Shown here piece after piece: positions 30,706 to 41,331 of a stretch of DNA of 64,000 bases. The translations under genes and the position numbers were made by a program. Under the pieces are notes generated by a model. The model saw only the letters and a list, made by a program, of their open reading frames with translations, had not been told where the DNA came from and searched no databases. The first letter of the stretch is position 1. Each line of letters opens with the position of its first letter. This DNA comes from Tetramitus jugosus (taxonomy: Eukaryota; Protista; Heterolobosea). The DNA lies in assembly GCA_937625935.1 (NCBI GenBank), contig OW569383.1, positions 248,001 through 312,000 on the forward strand. The letters are read 5' to 3'.

Positions 30706-31017
30706 ATGGTAATTCGAGAAGCTTTTAGAGACGTGAGCTCTGATAGTTCATTTACTGCTTCTTCAAGCAACCTGCGACCTCGAATACTAGGTTCATCTGT
30801 GGGTGCACGAGACGAAAATGATGATGTCGGTGACACCATTCCAAAAATCTATCTATACAGTATAAGCTTTGCGGTCTTGCTATGCTGTCTCTTGTGTATT
30901 GGAGGAGCGATAGGAATCGCAATAGGAGTATACAAGGTGTTAGATAAACATAGGCCACCAAGGAATAACACGTTTACAGATGATATTGTTCATTCGTACA
31001 ATCCCGATCGTCGATAG
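30706..31017 (+). CDS. Small single-pass membrane protein, unknown function
   Basis: ATG-initiated 103 aa with one strong hydrophobic helix. Confidence 0.5.
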   Translation: MVIREAFRDVSSDSSFTASSSNLRPRILGSSVGARDENDDVGDTIPKIYLYSISFAVLLCCLLCIGGAIGIAIGVYKVLDKHRPPRNNTFTDDIVHSYNPDRR

Positions 31018-31090
31018 TGTCGATCTTTGTTCAAGAGAAAATGCTTCATAAAATATAGGTATCATGATAACCACTTCCTTTTCAACTTCT

Positions 31091-32389
31091 TCATGTTTGT
31101 TCGTGGTTGTTACAGCTTACAACAACATCGCACAAGAGCTGCTTCAGACGCAACGAATTGATGTTGAGCATAAGTCGCGAGCGTTTTCCAACTGCTAGAT
31201 GTATTATTGTTGTGAAGTATGAGCCTGTCATTTTCACAACCGTCTTGTCATCTCTATCTACTTCAGTGCCAAACTCCAATAGTTCTGGTGCAGTAGTATC
31301 CATACAACTTTCTGAAACCTTGTACAATTGCTTCTTAGAACGAGCGTACATGGTGATACTACCGGAACCAATTTGATTCACCAGACCCAAGGAATGCAAA
31401 GTAATAACCTTCTCTGGTTGTTTTGGGCCACCCATATGAGCATATCCACTAGCATCCAGAGCAATAAATTGATCGTAGGAACAACAAACATCAACTATAT
31501 GAGTATTCTGACGATGGAAGTATTCATGACGTACAAAATCCTCCTTCTTGGTAGCAACAAACAATTTGCCTTGATGATCCAAAAGAACTGAAAACTCTGC
31601 TCCAGCATCAATTTTCTTGCATTGGAAATTGATGGGTCTACTCTCCAGTGAATCAGGATGAACGTAGTGCATGAGTGAGGGATATAGATTCAAGGTGTCA
31701 TTTGGACTAAAAATACCTAACAAGAACACATTCAATGTGTACAGGTCTTGCATGAGCAAAAATCGACGGCCACGGCCGATTTTGCAGATTCGAAAAGTGT
31801 TGCTCGCATCAATGGGAACTCGCTTTGGTATATATCCCGTTGTTTGTACGTTGGAAGAATTGATTTGAAGCGCGACACTTGGCACCTGTGTTTCATCCCA
31901 AAACCAACGGCGAACATTACCACAGGTGAACGCCTGACCCGATGCACTCAAGAAGGCAGAGAACCATCCACCAACCTCCACACTCTCAATGTGCTCCTTC
32001 TCTATATCACCACGTATCAACGTTGGGTACTCTACCTTGCTACAATGACCCAATCCCAACTGCCCATCACGATTATCACCAAGTGCCCAACATCTCCCAC
32101 CGAAATCCAACAAAATGACATGCAACGCTCCACAGGCAACTTGTTTAATTTGTCTTTGACCTCTCATGGTCAACCACTGCTCGGCCTTGTGCTTCACAGA
32201 GTAACCATCTGTTTGAAAGTCCAAATCCGAAGGAGACACATCAGTGAACTCTCGTCCAAGGGGCTCCACTTTGCTCAGTTCTCCACTTGTCCAGAGTTCA
32301 CCATGAGACCCGTTACCACGGCCGAGAAGAACAGTCGTTCCAGGAATGATGTGTTGGGTCAATGTTTCTTGATCTATCAAGGTGTGCAT
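31091..32389 (-). CDS. RCC1/BLIP-II repeat protein
   Basis: IKQVACGALHVILL, GDNRDGQLGLG, IDAGAEFSVLL. Confidence 0.85.
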   Translation of the reverse strand: MHTLIDQETLTQHIIPGTTVLLGRGNGSHGELWTSGELSKVEPLGREFTDVSPSDLDFQTDGYSVKHKAEQWLTMRGQRQIKQVACGALHVILLDFGGRCWALGDNRDGQLGLGHCSKVEYPTLIRGDIEKEHIESVEVGGWFSAFLSASGQAFTCGNVRRWFWDETQVPSVALQINSSNVQTTGYIPKRVPIDASNTFRICKIGRGRRFLLMQDLYTLNVFLLGIFSPNDTLNLYPSLMHYVHPDSLESRPINFQCKKIDAGAEFSVLLDHQGKLFVATKKEDFVRHEYFHRQNTHIVDVCCSYDQFIALDASGYAHMGGPKQPEKVITLHSLGLVNQIGSGSITMYARSKKQLYKVSESCMDTTAPELLEFGTEVDRDDKTVVKMTGSYFTTIIHLAVGKRSRLMLNINSLRLKQLLCDVVVSCNNHEQT

Positions 32390-32446
32390 AATGGTTTTGT
32401 TGTTCGTCCTTTTCTCTTCCTTGAGAGGTTATGTAAAAGCAAAACA

Positions 32447-32518
32447 GGGGACAACGGAGAATCGAACTCCGGGCCTCTCGCACCCAAAGCGAGAATCATA
32501 CCACTAGACCATTGTCCC
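32447..32518 (-). tRNA. tRNA-Pro (TGG)
   Basis: GGGACAATGGTCTAGTGGTATGATTCTCGCTTTGGGTGCGAGAGGCCCGGAGTTCGATTCTCCGTTGTCCCC. Confidence 0.97.
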
Positions 32519-32560
32519 TTCATATCGAATAAAAATTCTAAATAGTTGCAAAAAAAGAAA

Positions 32561-33354
32561 CAAAAAAAACAAAAAAAAAAAATACCTCAAGAGCAGAAAA
32601 GAATTGATTAAAGAAAACGAGAAGTGGTGGTTGGAAGCAGTATTGATGGACTGGGATGAATGGAACATGTTCCTCAAGTGCCCGTTTGGATTGGATAGAA
32701 GAGAACTCTGGTTTTATCACCAGGTTAGGAGTGGTACATTGCACACGCTATCGGTAATGCGTGGACTTTATGGCAGTGTGGAAGATGCGAGATGCCCAAT
32801 CTGTAAGAAAGAAGATGACACTATAGTTCATCTGTTAGTTGAGTGTCCGCCCGCACAGGAGGCTAGGCGTAGAATTAGAGAGGTTTTTGCCTTACAGCTG
32901 AACAAATTGAACATACCTAAGGATATAAGAGTGGTATTGTGGTTCGACAGCTACCTATTTTGTAATGGAAATATAACGAAAAGAGCGGTAGATATGACGT
33001 CGAGTGATATTCTCGCAGGTATGATGGGGAAGGAAGGAGACACGAGGGAGGATATCACCACGGCACTACAAAAGTCGGGATGCAAGCAAAAAGAAGCTGT
33101 AAAGAGGGTAGCGAGTGTGATCAATAGTACTAAAAGAATATGCATCAAAGCACTCCACACGCTGTTCACCGCCTCAAAGGAACAGTGGAGAGAAACTATG
33201 CTCAGCACTACAAATGTTAGTCCGCACGGACTTGATGACGATAGGAAGTGATACAATACTCTGCACCGTACCGGTGCAGAGTTGAATCGCTTCTAAACTT
33301 GTTGTACAGAATAAAGTGGCAACACCAGGTTGTATGGAAAAAAAAAAAAAAAAA
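32561..33354 (+). mobile_element. 5'-truncated LINE (ORF2 C-terminus with CCHC zf-RVT) upstream of tRNA-Pro
   Basis: ORF 32604-33251 has CPICKKEDDTIVHLLVEC; 11-bp hairpin 33258-33282; AATAAAGT; A17 tail 33338-33354; near-perfect TSD GCAAAAAA(A)GAAA at 32548-32560 and 33355-33366. Confidence 0.9.
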
Positions 33355-33366
33355 GCAAAAAAGAAA

Positions 33367-33482
33367 ATAGGCTGGTGAAGTCTTGCATCAAACGGTTACA
33401 CAATGTATGGAGAGACTCAGTCGCGAAGAGATGTGAACAATAGGTTCTGAAGGACAACACGTCTCATTGTAGTGTATAGAAC
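33367..33482 (+). mobile_element. Older LINE 3' remnant stacked behind the 32561-33354 copy
   Basis: Translates NRLVKSCIKRLHNVWRDS*, similar to NSTKRICIKALHTLFTAS; degenerate acaacac...gtgtatagaa end. Confidence 0.5.
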
Positions 33483-33673
33483 ATCGAGCCAGTATGAGGA
33501 TTTGTTTTCGATCCTGAGCCCACTTTCTAGTTAGTCCACCAAGTTCAAGTTGGGGAGAACTTCTTTATCTCCGCCAATGTTCCAAGGACAATGACAGTTT
33601 TTTCTTTGCCTCTTTTTTCAGCAATCGACCTTTCATTACCAAAACAACTGTACTCTATCAACAACAACGAATC

Positions 33674-36600
33674 ATGTTTTCTGCACTGAGTAGATTAAGG
33701 GCATCTGACGCGTCCAAGGACGTTTCTGATTTCCAAGCCAATAACACCAATACCAATGAAGAAGTAGGAGAAAAGAAAATTTCTCCAACAGAACAACAGC
33801 CGACGTCTACGGGTGATAAACAACCGCGAGAAACTTCAAAAGACCAAGATGTCAAGAGTCAAAGGAATAATCTCCCTCAGATTACCTTTTCTGATCAAGC
33901 AAGCTCTCCATTGGAGGTCCAATCCCTCAATGTTCAAGTTCAAGTCAACTTGCCTATTGCTAAAATCACCTCTGTCTTCACCTTTGTCAATCCTCATGAT
34001 AGAACATTGGAGGGAGAGCTCGTTTTTCCATTGCCTGACGATGCTACCCTCATTGCTTATGCCATGAATGTTGATGGAAGCACCACTGAGCTCATTGATG
34101 CTGTTCCCGTGGAAAAAGAGAAGGCCAAGATGATTTTTGAGCAGGAAGTAAGAGAGAGAGGCAAGGGTGCTGCCATTGTAGAAATGGCAACTCATCAGAG
34201 CAACAGTTTTAGAACGAGAGTGTATCCATTGGTGCCACAAAAACCAAAGATCATTAGAGTGGTGTACACGATGCCTGTTTCTACGTCTGCCGTTGCTGAT
34301 GTGCCTTGTTCAGAGGTTATGATACCATTTGGATTGCCAGGAAAGAACAGCAATGTAAATGCTAATATCGAATGGTACAGTGAGAGTGATAATGAGCAAT
34401 CATTGGTGCTTTTGTTGAACTCTGACCGTAAGCTGACCGAATCTCGTCAGTCTACTGGCAAGTATATGACCGCAAAGATTGAAAACTCCCAATTGGATGA
34501 CTCCGTGGACAGTCTCACGGTCCGTTGTAGTCAAACACTCGAAGACAATTGTGTCATTATCGAAGACAATTTCTTCTGTGCTCGAATCCAAGTAGAAAAG
34601 CCAACGAGTGATAGCAGAATGAAGACTGACAAGATTCAAGTTCTTTGGGATTGCTCTTACAGTCGTAGTCGCAATCCTAAGATGATTGAGAAGGATTTGG
34701 AACTGCTGAGTGCTATCATGAAAGAATTGAAGCCAAAGCAAGTTGTTTTTACTCCATTCTGCAATTCAGTTCAGGAGAGAAATCGTGCTACGTTTGACAA
34801 TGTCCAATCATTGATGGAGCATGTAAAGAAGGTGGATTATGATGGAGCTACCAATCTATCATTGCTTGAGTCTGAGTTGGACGAGTCTGCTTCGTTCTGT
34901 GTTGTGTTTACTGACGGTATTCATACCATTGGTCAAGAAACAACACCTTACACAGCTTACTCAATACCATTGTACATTGTCTCAACTAGCATGTCCGCTA
35001 ATCACCAATTGCTTTCCCATGTGGCAACAAAGAGTGGCGGAATGTTGTTGAATGCCAACAAACTCCGTGTTGAACAAGTTGTAGAGCAAGTGGGAAAACC
35101 AGTGTTGTACTTTTTGGTTGCCGACTACGAGACAGAGGAGTTTGAAGAGGTGTGTCCAAATGAACCAACCATCCTGGATCCTAGTGGCCACTTCCACTTG
35201 TATGGAAAGGTGAAGCAGGGAGGACAAATTTCAATTGCCTTCCGATATGGTGGTGATATTATTGATACTAGAGTTTATGACATTGAACCATCTGCCACAA
35301 CAGCAGCAACAGCTCAGGAGAGATCTGACAGAATTATCCCCATGCTATGGGCTAAACAAAAGATGAACTCTCTCTCCGTGTTCCCTCACTTGTTTGAGAA
35401 AGAGTTGAAAGACTTGGGTCGAGAATGGTCTATTGTCACACCAACAACCTCTTTGATTGTGTTGGAGACATTGGATCAATATATTAAGCATCAAATCACG
35501 CCTCCAACAAGTTTGAAATCAGTCAGAGAATCCTACGAGAAATTTGTCCAACAGAAAGACAACGATGAGAAGAAGCGAGTGGCAAACAAGATTCAGAATG
35601 TACTAACAAAGTGGGAGGAAAGAAAACGCTGGCATAAAACAGAATTCAAGATTCCAGAGAAAAAGGAGAAAGAAGAAAGTTTCAAGAAGATGGCAGAATC
35701 TGCTCCTGCTCCAAGAGCATTCTTATCCATGGCTAGATCATCATCAGTCAGATGTGACGCTGAAGCAGCACCACGATTGTCGAGCTCTCTTTCATCCACC
35801 TCAAGTGGAAAGAAATGTAGGAAAAGCAAGAAAAACTCTGCTCGCTCTTCATCGCCAGCTCTTGATGATGATTTCATGGACGAACAAGAGGAAGAACCTT
35901 CCAATGCAGTCACTGCATCCATCAATATTCAAGAATGGAAATCTGATGCAGCATACATGGCTACTATTAGCAAGGCAAGCAATCCTTATGAGGCCTACCT
36001 CCAGGAGAGAAAGAACCTGAGCACCTCGCCAGCATTCTTCTTAGATGTCGCAGACTTTTGGCTCACAAAGCTCAAGAATTTAAATGATGGTGTTGCCATC
36101 TTGACCAACATTCTTGAACTGGAACTAGAGAATGCCCAATTATTCAGAATTGTGGGCTATCGTCTCGATCAGGCAAAACAGTACGAATTGGCTGAAATGG
36201 TGTTTGAGAAGGTGAAGAAGATGAATCCTGAGGAGCCACAGAGTTATCGTGACCTTGCATTGGTTAAAGAAAAGTTGGGCAAGCTCGAAGAAGCTGTCGA
36301 ATTGTTCAACAAGGTCATCACTGGCAAGTGGGACATGAGATTTGACGAGATTGAACAGACTGCTGCCATCGAATTGAATCACTGTTTACTAAAGAACCCT
36401 GACTTGAAGCCATGTCACGAAGGCTTCCGATACAAGATGGATCTCGACTTGAGAATCAGTATGGCCTGGGATACCAACGACATTGACATTGATCTTCATG
36501 TTCATGAAGATTGCGCTGGAGGTGAACACTGTTACTTTGCCTATCCAAGAACAAAGATTGGAGGCTATGTAAGCAGAGATTTCCGTCAAGGATACGGTCC

Positions 36601-36811
36601 AGAGGAATACATGCTCAGAAAAGCTCCTCACGGTGAATTCAAAGTCACCACAAACTACTATGCAAATCATCAGCAATCATTGACTGGAGGAACAACTGTG
36701 CTGTGCACATTCTTCACCAATTACATGAGACCTGAAGAAAAGAGTGAAATTGTAACGATTCGATTGCAAACCAATCAATCTAATATCCCTGTTTGCACTA
36801 TTAATGTTTAG
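33674..36811 (+). CDS. VIT + vWA-like + TPR + DUF2135/YfaP-like protein
   Basis: FVNPHDRTLEGELVFPLP (VIT); LWDCSYSR and FTDG (MIDAS-like); PEEPQSYRDLA; DLRISMAWDTNDIDIDLHV...GYGPEEY. Confidence 0.88.
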   Translation: MFSALSRLRASDASKDVSDFQANNTNTNEEVGEKKISPTEQQPTSTGDKQPRETSKDQDVKSQRNNLPQITFSDQASSPLEVQSLNVQVQVNLPIAKITSVFTFVNPHDRTLEGELVFPLPDDATLIAYAMNVDGSTTELIDAVPVEKEKAKMIFEQEVRERGKGAAIVEMATHQSNSFRTRVYPLVPQKPKIIRVVYTMPVSTSAVADVPCSEVMIPFGLPGKNSNVNANIEWYSESDNEQSLVLLLNSDRKLTESRQSTGKYMTAKIENSQLDDSVDSLTVRCSQTLEDNCVIIEDNFFCARIQVEKPTSDSRMKTDKIQVLWDCSYSRSRNPKMIEKDLELLSAIMKELKPKQVVFTPFCNSVQERNRATFDNVQSLMEHVKKVDYDGATNLSLLESELDESASFCVVFTDGIHTIGQETTPYTAYSIPLYIVSTSMSANHQLLSHVATKSGGMLLNANKLRVEQVVEQVGKPVLYFLVADYETEEFEEVCPNEPTILDPSGHFHLYGKVKQGGQISIAFRYGGDIIDTRVYDIEPSATTAATAQERSDRIIPMLWAKQKMNSLSVFPHLFEKELKDLGREWSIVTPTTSLIVLETLDQYIKHQITPPTSLKSVRESYEKFVQQKDNDEKKRVANKIQNVLTKWEERKRWHKTEFKIPEKKEKEESFKKMAESAPAPRAFLSMARSSSVRCDAEAAPRLSSSLSSTSSGKKCRKSKKNSARSSSPALDDDFMDEQEEEPSNAVTASINIQEWKSDAAYMATISKASNPYEAYLQERKNLSTSPAFFLDVADFWLTKLKNLNDGVAILTNILELELENAQLFRIVGYRLDQAKQYELAEMVFEKVKKMNPEEPQSYRDLALVKEKLGKLEEAVELFNKVITGKWDMRFDEIEQTAAIELNHCLLKNPDLKPCHEGFRYKMDLDLRISMAWDTNDIDIDLHVHEDCAGGEHCYFAYPRTKIGGYVSRDFRQGYGPEEYMLRKAPHGEFKVTTNYYANHQQSLTGGTTVLCTFFTNYMRPEEKSEIVTIRLQTNQSNIPVCTINV

Positions 36812-36907
36812 AATAAACCATATCCTATACTATAGACTAGTGCACACTTTCAACTCCAAGAGAAATGATCACCGTTGTATCCAAAAAATATACAAATAGA
36901 AAAAAGT

Positions 36908-36997
36908 TGCTTCTGGTGGGGTTCGAACCCACGATCCCTGGCTAACTCACTATGTCTACATTATAAGACCAGTGCTTTACCACTAAGCTACAGAAGC
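36908..36997 (-). tRNA. tRNA-Ile (TAT) with an 18-nt intron (36944-36961) at the canonical 37/38 site
   Basis: GCTTCTGTAGCTTAGTGGTAAAGCACTGGTCTTATA[ATGTAGACATAGTGAGTT]AGCCAGGGATCGTGGGTTCGAACCCCACCAGAAGCA. Confidence 0.92.
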
Positions 36998-37037
36998 TGT
37001 TATATTTATAGAAATATCAACAGGGGACATTTCTCCG

Positions 37038-37243
37038 ACCCTCGTTCACTCTCCTTGCTGGATCTTCGTCGCGGGTGCCAAATAATTTGTCAATCGCTCG
37101 ATCGTGGTTGTTGTATTACGAGCGTATCATTGGGTTTGTTCAGTAAAATAAGATTCAATCAGTCATCATCGTGTTTGGTTGCTTGTGAATTGTTTTGTGT
37201 GAAAAAATATTTGGTTTGGGAATGACTTTGATGTCTGAAGCAT
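37038..37243 (+). mobile_element. Candidate decayed retro-insertion upstream of tRNA-Ile
   Basis: 9-bp direct repeat ATTTCTCCG at 37029-37037 (32 bp upstream of the tRNA) and 37244-37252; internal degenerate aataa...gttgttgtatta; no clear A-tail. Confidence 0.35.
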
Positions 37244-37376
37244 ATTTCTCCGGAAAACGTCCAGTTTGATTTACAGAAGTTTAAAATGTGCTCAAAAACG
37301 TGAACACACTAACAGACATGTTCGAACACATTACTAGGTTTATTATCGTTTTGAAAAATTTGTTAGGGGAGCGTAC

Positions 37377-39491
37377 TTAACCACCTCTTGGCTTCTTGAG
37401 CAGAATGACAATGTAGGCCATCACACGACAAAAGACAATGAGCACACCCAGAAAGCCAATATCGATCCAAATGTTGGACAATCGCTGGTCCATGCCATAA
37501 CTCGAAATCACCTGATTGCCAGAAGTGTACATGCAGGGTGGAACCGTGCAGGAAATCTTTGAATTCTTGAATTCATTGATGACGAACGCTTCCAAGCCAA
37601 AATGGAAGATACTGATCCAGTAAATCCAAATGAACCATGGTGGAATATTGTCCACGTTGAGGTAGAAACCACCAAACAACATGAACAGAGTCATAATCAC
37701 AGGTGTGATTGCTTGAGCGACTTCCATTGATGGTGCAACAGCCGCAATCAGCATACCCATCGATTGAGCAGTGATCGAAAGCACAATGACAATCACCAAA
37801 AAGGTAAAGAAGGCTGGTGCAGTTGGATTCAAGCCCACCATCCAGTACACAATCACAGATAGTAACACTGGGAAAATAAAGTTGCTCGGCAGCTCAGCAA
37901 TCGTCTTACCCAGGTAATAACTCGAGACACGATAGGCCTTTGCTCCTCTCTCTCTCATGAAAACAGGTTTCTCAGCCGATAGGAAAGTAATGACAGAACC
38001 AAAGATGCCACCCATGATGGAGAATGTGAGCACAAAGTACAGCACACCAACCTTGTTCTGCACAGAGGACTGAGAATTGTCCAACCGTAGGAAAATGAGA
38101 CCAATGACAACACCCATGATAATCGTTTGGAAGAATCTGGCATTGGTCAACATTTTGTCTCTCGCGATACTGACCAACGATCTCCATGTCAACACTGCCA
38201 ACTGAACAATCCACATGGACTTGTACGAACCATATTTTTTCAGATTTGGATCCAATTCAGCATCCATCTCCGGCTTATGATACACATAATTATTGGAATA
38301 ATAATCTAAAATGTAATCGATACGTTTGCTGTCCAATTGACGCTCCTCTGGATTGTTACTCGTTGACTCTGTGATCAAATCAATGAAAAAATCAGCGGGA
38401 TTGAAATCAGAGGGGCACTTGAACATGTCTGGCTTCTTCTCCGGGTCCAACGACTCTAATCTAGTAAAATACGATGTTGCTCTGTTTGCTTCACCAAAGT
38501 AAGCCACTTTTCCACGCGCCAACAACAACAATTTATCAAACAGCTTGTAAATGTCACTGCGAGGCTGATGGATCGTCATGACCACTGCTCTTCCATTCTC
38601 TGCCAATCGACGAATAGCCTTGATGACGTCCTGTGCAGTCTTTGCGTCCAATCCCGACGTAGGTTCATCCAAAAAGAGAATCGACGGCTCAGACAACAAT
38701 TCAATCGCAATGGCAAGTCTCTTTCGTTCACCACCAGATATTCCCTTTGTAATACCAGGTGTGCCCACATACGTGTCCAAACATTTTGTCAATCCGAGTT
38801 CATCGGCCACAGCCAACACTCTTCTCCTCTTTTCCTTTAGTGAGACTTCACTGCCCAATCGCAACAATGACGCATAACGCAAAGTTTCTCTCACAGTCAT
38901 CGTACCCATCAATACATCATCCTGCTGCACAAACGCACTCAATGCACGAAACGATTTACCAATATTTTGTCCATTGACCGTCACTTCACCCTTTGCTCTT
39001 GTTCTCTGAGCTAAAATGTTGAGTAAACTTGTTTTTCCTGCACCTGAAGGACCCATGATGGCCAAGCATTCACCTGGAGCGACGTGACCACTCATTGGAA
39101 ACAAAATGGTTCTTTTTTCCTTTTTAAAGAGATAGCGGAGTTTTGTCAATGGATTTCCTTGGGCGGGAATATCGGCTCGAACCATGACTTCAAAGTACAA
39201 GTCTTTCCATTCGAGTTGGATAGGTGGTCTACTACCTCCCTTTTTATTCATATTATTGATATTGTTGTTGTTGTTGTTAGTGTTGTTAGATGTACTATAG
39301 TCAATGACTGCATCACCATTGGTATCATTTGATAAGATGACTTCTGGGTGATGTTCTATTGTAGCTATTGTTGTTGTTGTTGATATTTCTGGTTCTATTG
39401 TTGTTGTTGTTGTGTGATTCATGTTGTTGTTGTTGTTATTGTCATCATTGTTGACCGAAATGGGAAAACTACTCAGTGTTGGTGACGACAT
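37377..39491 (-). CDS. ABCG (White-family) half transporter
   Basis: Walker A GPSGAGKT, signature ISGGERKR, Walker B LFLDEPTSGLD, TIHQP, C-terminal TM domain; first ATG at 39491. Confidence 0.95.
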   Translation of the reverse strand: MSSPTLSSFPISVNNDDNNNNNNMNHTTTTTIEPEISTTTTIATIEHHPEVILSNDTNGDAVIDYSTSNNTNNNNNNINNMNKKGGSRPPIQLEWKDLYFEVMVRADIPAQGNPLTKLRYLFKKEKRTILFPMSGHVAPGECLAIMGPSGAGKTSLLNILAQRTRAKGEVTVNGQNIGKSFRALSAFVQQDDVLMGTMTVRETLRYASLLRLGSEVSLKEKRRRVLAVADELGLTKCLDTYVGTPGITKGISGGERKRLAIAIELLSEPSILFLDEPTSGLDAKTAQDVIKAIRRLAENGRAVVMTIHQPRSDIYKLFDKLLLLARGKVAYFGEANRATSYFTRLESLDPEKKPDMFKCPSDFNPADFFIDLITESTSNNPEERQLDSKRIDYILDYYSNNYVYHKPEMDAELDPNLKKYGSYKSMWIVQLAVLTWRSLVSIARDKMLTNARFFQTIIMGVVIGLIFLRLDNSQSSVQNKVGVLYFVLTFSIMGGIFGSVITFLSAEKPVFMRERGAKAYRVSSYYLGKTIAELPSNFIFPVLLSVIVYWMVGLNPTAPAFFTFLVIVIVLSITAQSMGMLIAAVAPSMEVAQAITPVIMTLFMLFGGFYLNVDNIPPWFIWIYWISIFHFGLEAFVINEFKNSKISCTVPPCMYTSGNQVISSYGMDQRLSNIWIDIGFLGVLIVFCRVMAYIVILLKKPRGG

Positions 39492-39975
39492 TGTTATCTG
39501 CGGTGACACTGATGTTGTTGTTGCGTGTTTTTATTTCCTGGTGTTTGTTGAATGTCTGTCGATGAGGTTGTTTGTGCTTGCGCAAGAAATAGGGAAGCTA
39601 AAAGGCAGAATGAACGGTGAATCTCTCGTCTTCCTCGAAAGTCACCCAACAAGAAGCTTGAATTCAGCCGATGCGCGACAACATATTCGGAATTTGGAGC
39701 GGATGGCGAATTGTTTTTTTCTCCAATCCACCGAACAATTCCCACAAGAGTCCATTTCGGGTTTATTTTTCCGAATACAAAAAGGACATCCGATGTTCTT
39801 CTGTGATGCATGGATGATGGTTTTATTGTAAAGGGTTACAACCCAAAGTCTCAGTATAAAACATGTCACACAATCATGAATGTAGAACCAACACCAACAA
39901 CAAAACAAATGAAAGCAGGACGTCAAGCAGTCGCAAACATCATTAGTAACAATATCCAAAGACACAGAGAAGCGC

Positions 39976-41159
39976 TTGTTGGAGGATGGAGTGACCAATG
40001 AAGAGTGGTATCAGACTGTTGCCAGAGTTGTGAATGGTACAATGAATATGAGCAAGAACTGGATGGTCAAGTCTGGATTGGGATGGGATGAGTCAGTAGC
40101 AACTGAGATGGCAGAAGAGTTGTATGACAGGATCTTTACTATGAAGTTCTTACCACCCGGTAGAGGACTCTAGGCTATGGGATCTCCTATCACTGAAGAG
40201 AAACGTCTATTTGCCAGTCTTAACAATGTAGGTACAACATTCTGTAAGTGTAAGTTGTTTCTAACTGCAGTGATTAGTGTGCTTTCGCTTCAACTGGGAG
40301 TATTACAGAGTCTGTAAGCAAGTGTTTTGAATTCATGATGGATATGGCTATGCTTGGTATTGGTGTTGGCTTTGATACAAAAGGAAAGGGTAAGGTGGTT
40401 GTCAGAGGTACTTGTCATCCACTTAGTGGTGATCTGGTACATGTTGTTGAAGACACTCGTGAGGGATGGGTCAAGTCATTGAAACTATTGATTGATAGCT
40501 ACTTCACAGAGAGCTATGGAGACGTACAGTTTGATTATTCATTGATTAGACAAGCAGGTCTTCCTATCAGAGGATTTGGTGGTGTTTCAAGTGGTCCAGA
40601 ACGTCTGAAGGTCATGCATGATCACATCAGACAAGTCCTTGATAAGAACAAGGGATCTGCAATTACAGCCACTATCATTGTTGATCTGATGAATCTGGTT
40701 GGAAAGTGTGTTGTGTCAGGCAATGTCAGAAGGTATGTGACATGATTTGTATATTCTGGTGACTAATACGTTTATAGAACTGCTGAGATTTCCTTTGGTG
40801 ATCCAGATGAGGAGTTCATGGATCTGAAGAATTATGAGAAGAATCCTTATCGTATGGACTTTGGTTACATCTCCAACAACTCTGTATTTGCATCACTTGG
40901 TATCGATTATACAGATGCTAAGTCTGATATTGTACAATGACATAATCTAACACTTTATTCTAGAACAAACCCTTGAGAGCTACGAGTTATGCTGTCTAGT
41001 AGAGACCTTCCCAGCTAAACACGAGTCTCTGGAAGACTATATGAAGATTCTGCATTATGCATTGTTCTATGCAAAGTACAGTTAGTCTGTTAGCTGGTGC
41101 AACACCTGGAATGCATTATCCAAAGAGCAAGTATTACATCAGAAGAATGCGTATTGCAA
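39976..41159 (+). pseudogene. Class II (adenosylcobalamin-dependent) ribonucleotide reductase pseudogene, monomeric NrdJ/RTPR type
   Basis: KFLPPGRGL*AMG (TAG at 40171 in place of Trp); LNN|CAF across intron 40228-40277; GVGFDT, DTREGW, IRGFGGVSSGP; VSGNVR|RTAE across intron 40733-40777; EQTLESYELCCLVE; GTVSLLAGATPGMHYP. NPC motif, N-terminus and C-terminus missing. Confidence 0.9.
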
Positions 41160-41331
41160 CATGCCAATAATACGCAATCACCAACGTATCTACCCATGTT
41201 CCTATTGTGTTGTATGTATCTTCTACATATTTTGTCAATCAAGTTCAATACAGGTCGTGGAAGGTCTGACAAGTTCAACGCTGTTGTTGATAAAGATTCT
41301 ATGATTAAATAAAAAAATAAGTGCACACAAC

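Noticed and set aside
31748-32545. 265-aa plus-strand ORF and the many other short antisense/overlapping ORFs in the track
   Set aside because: Shadows of well-supported genes on the opposite strand or frame; this one also runs through tRNA-Pro and has no motifs.
40171-40173. Alternative genetic code (TAG or TGA reassigned) to explain the in-frame stops
   Set aside because: Conserved genes end at the expected position with TAG (SET8, tubulin) and other genes end in TGA; long genes such as TOP2 have no internal stops; the RNR locus also has deletions.
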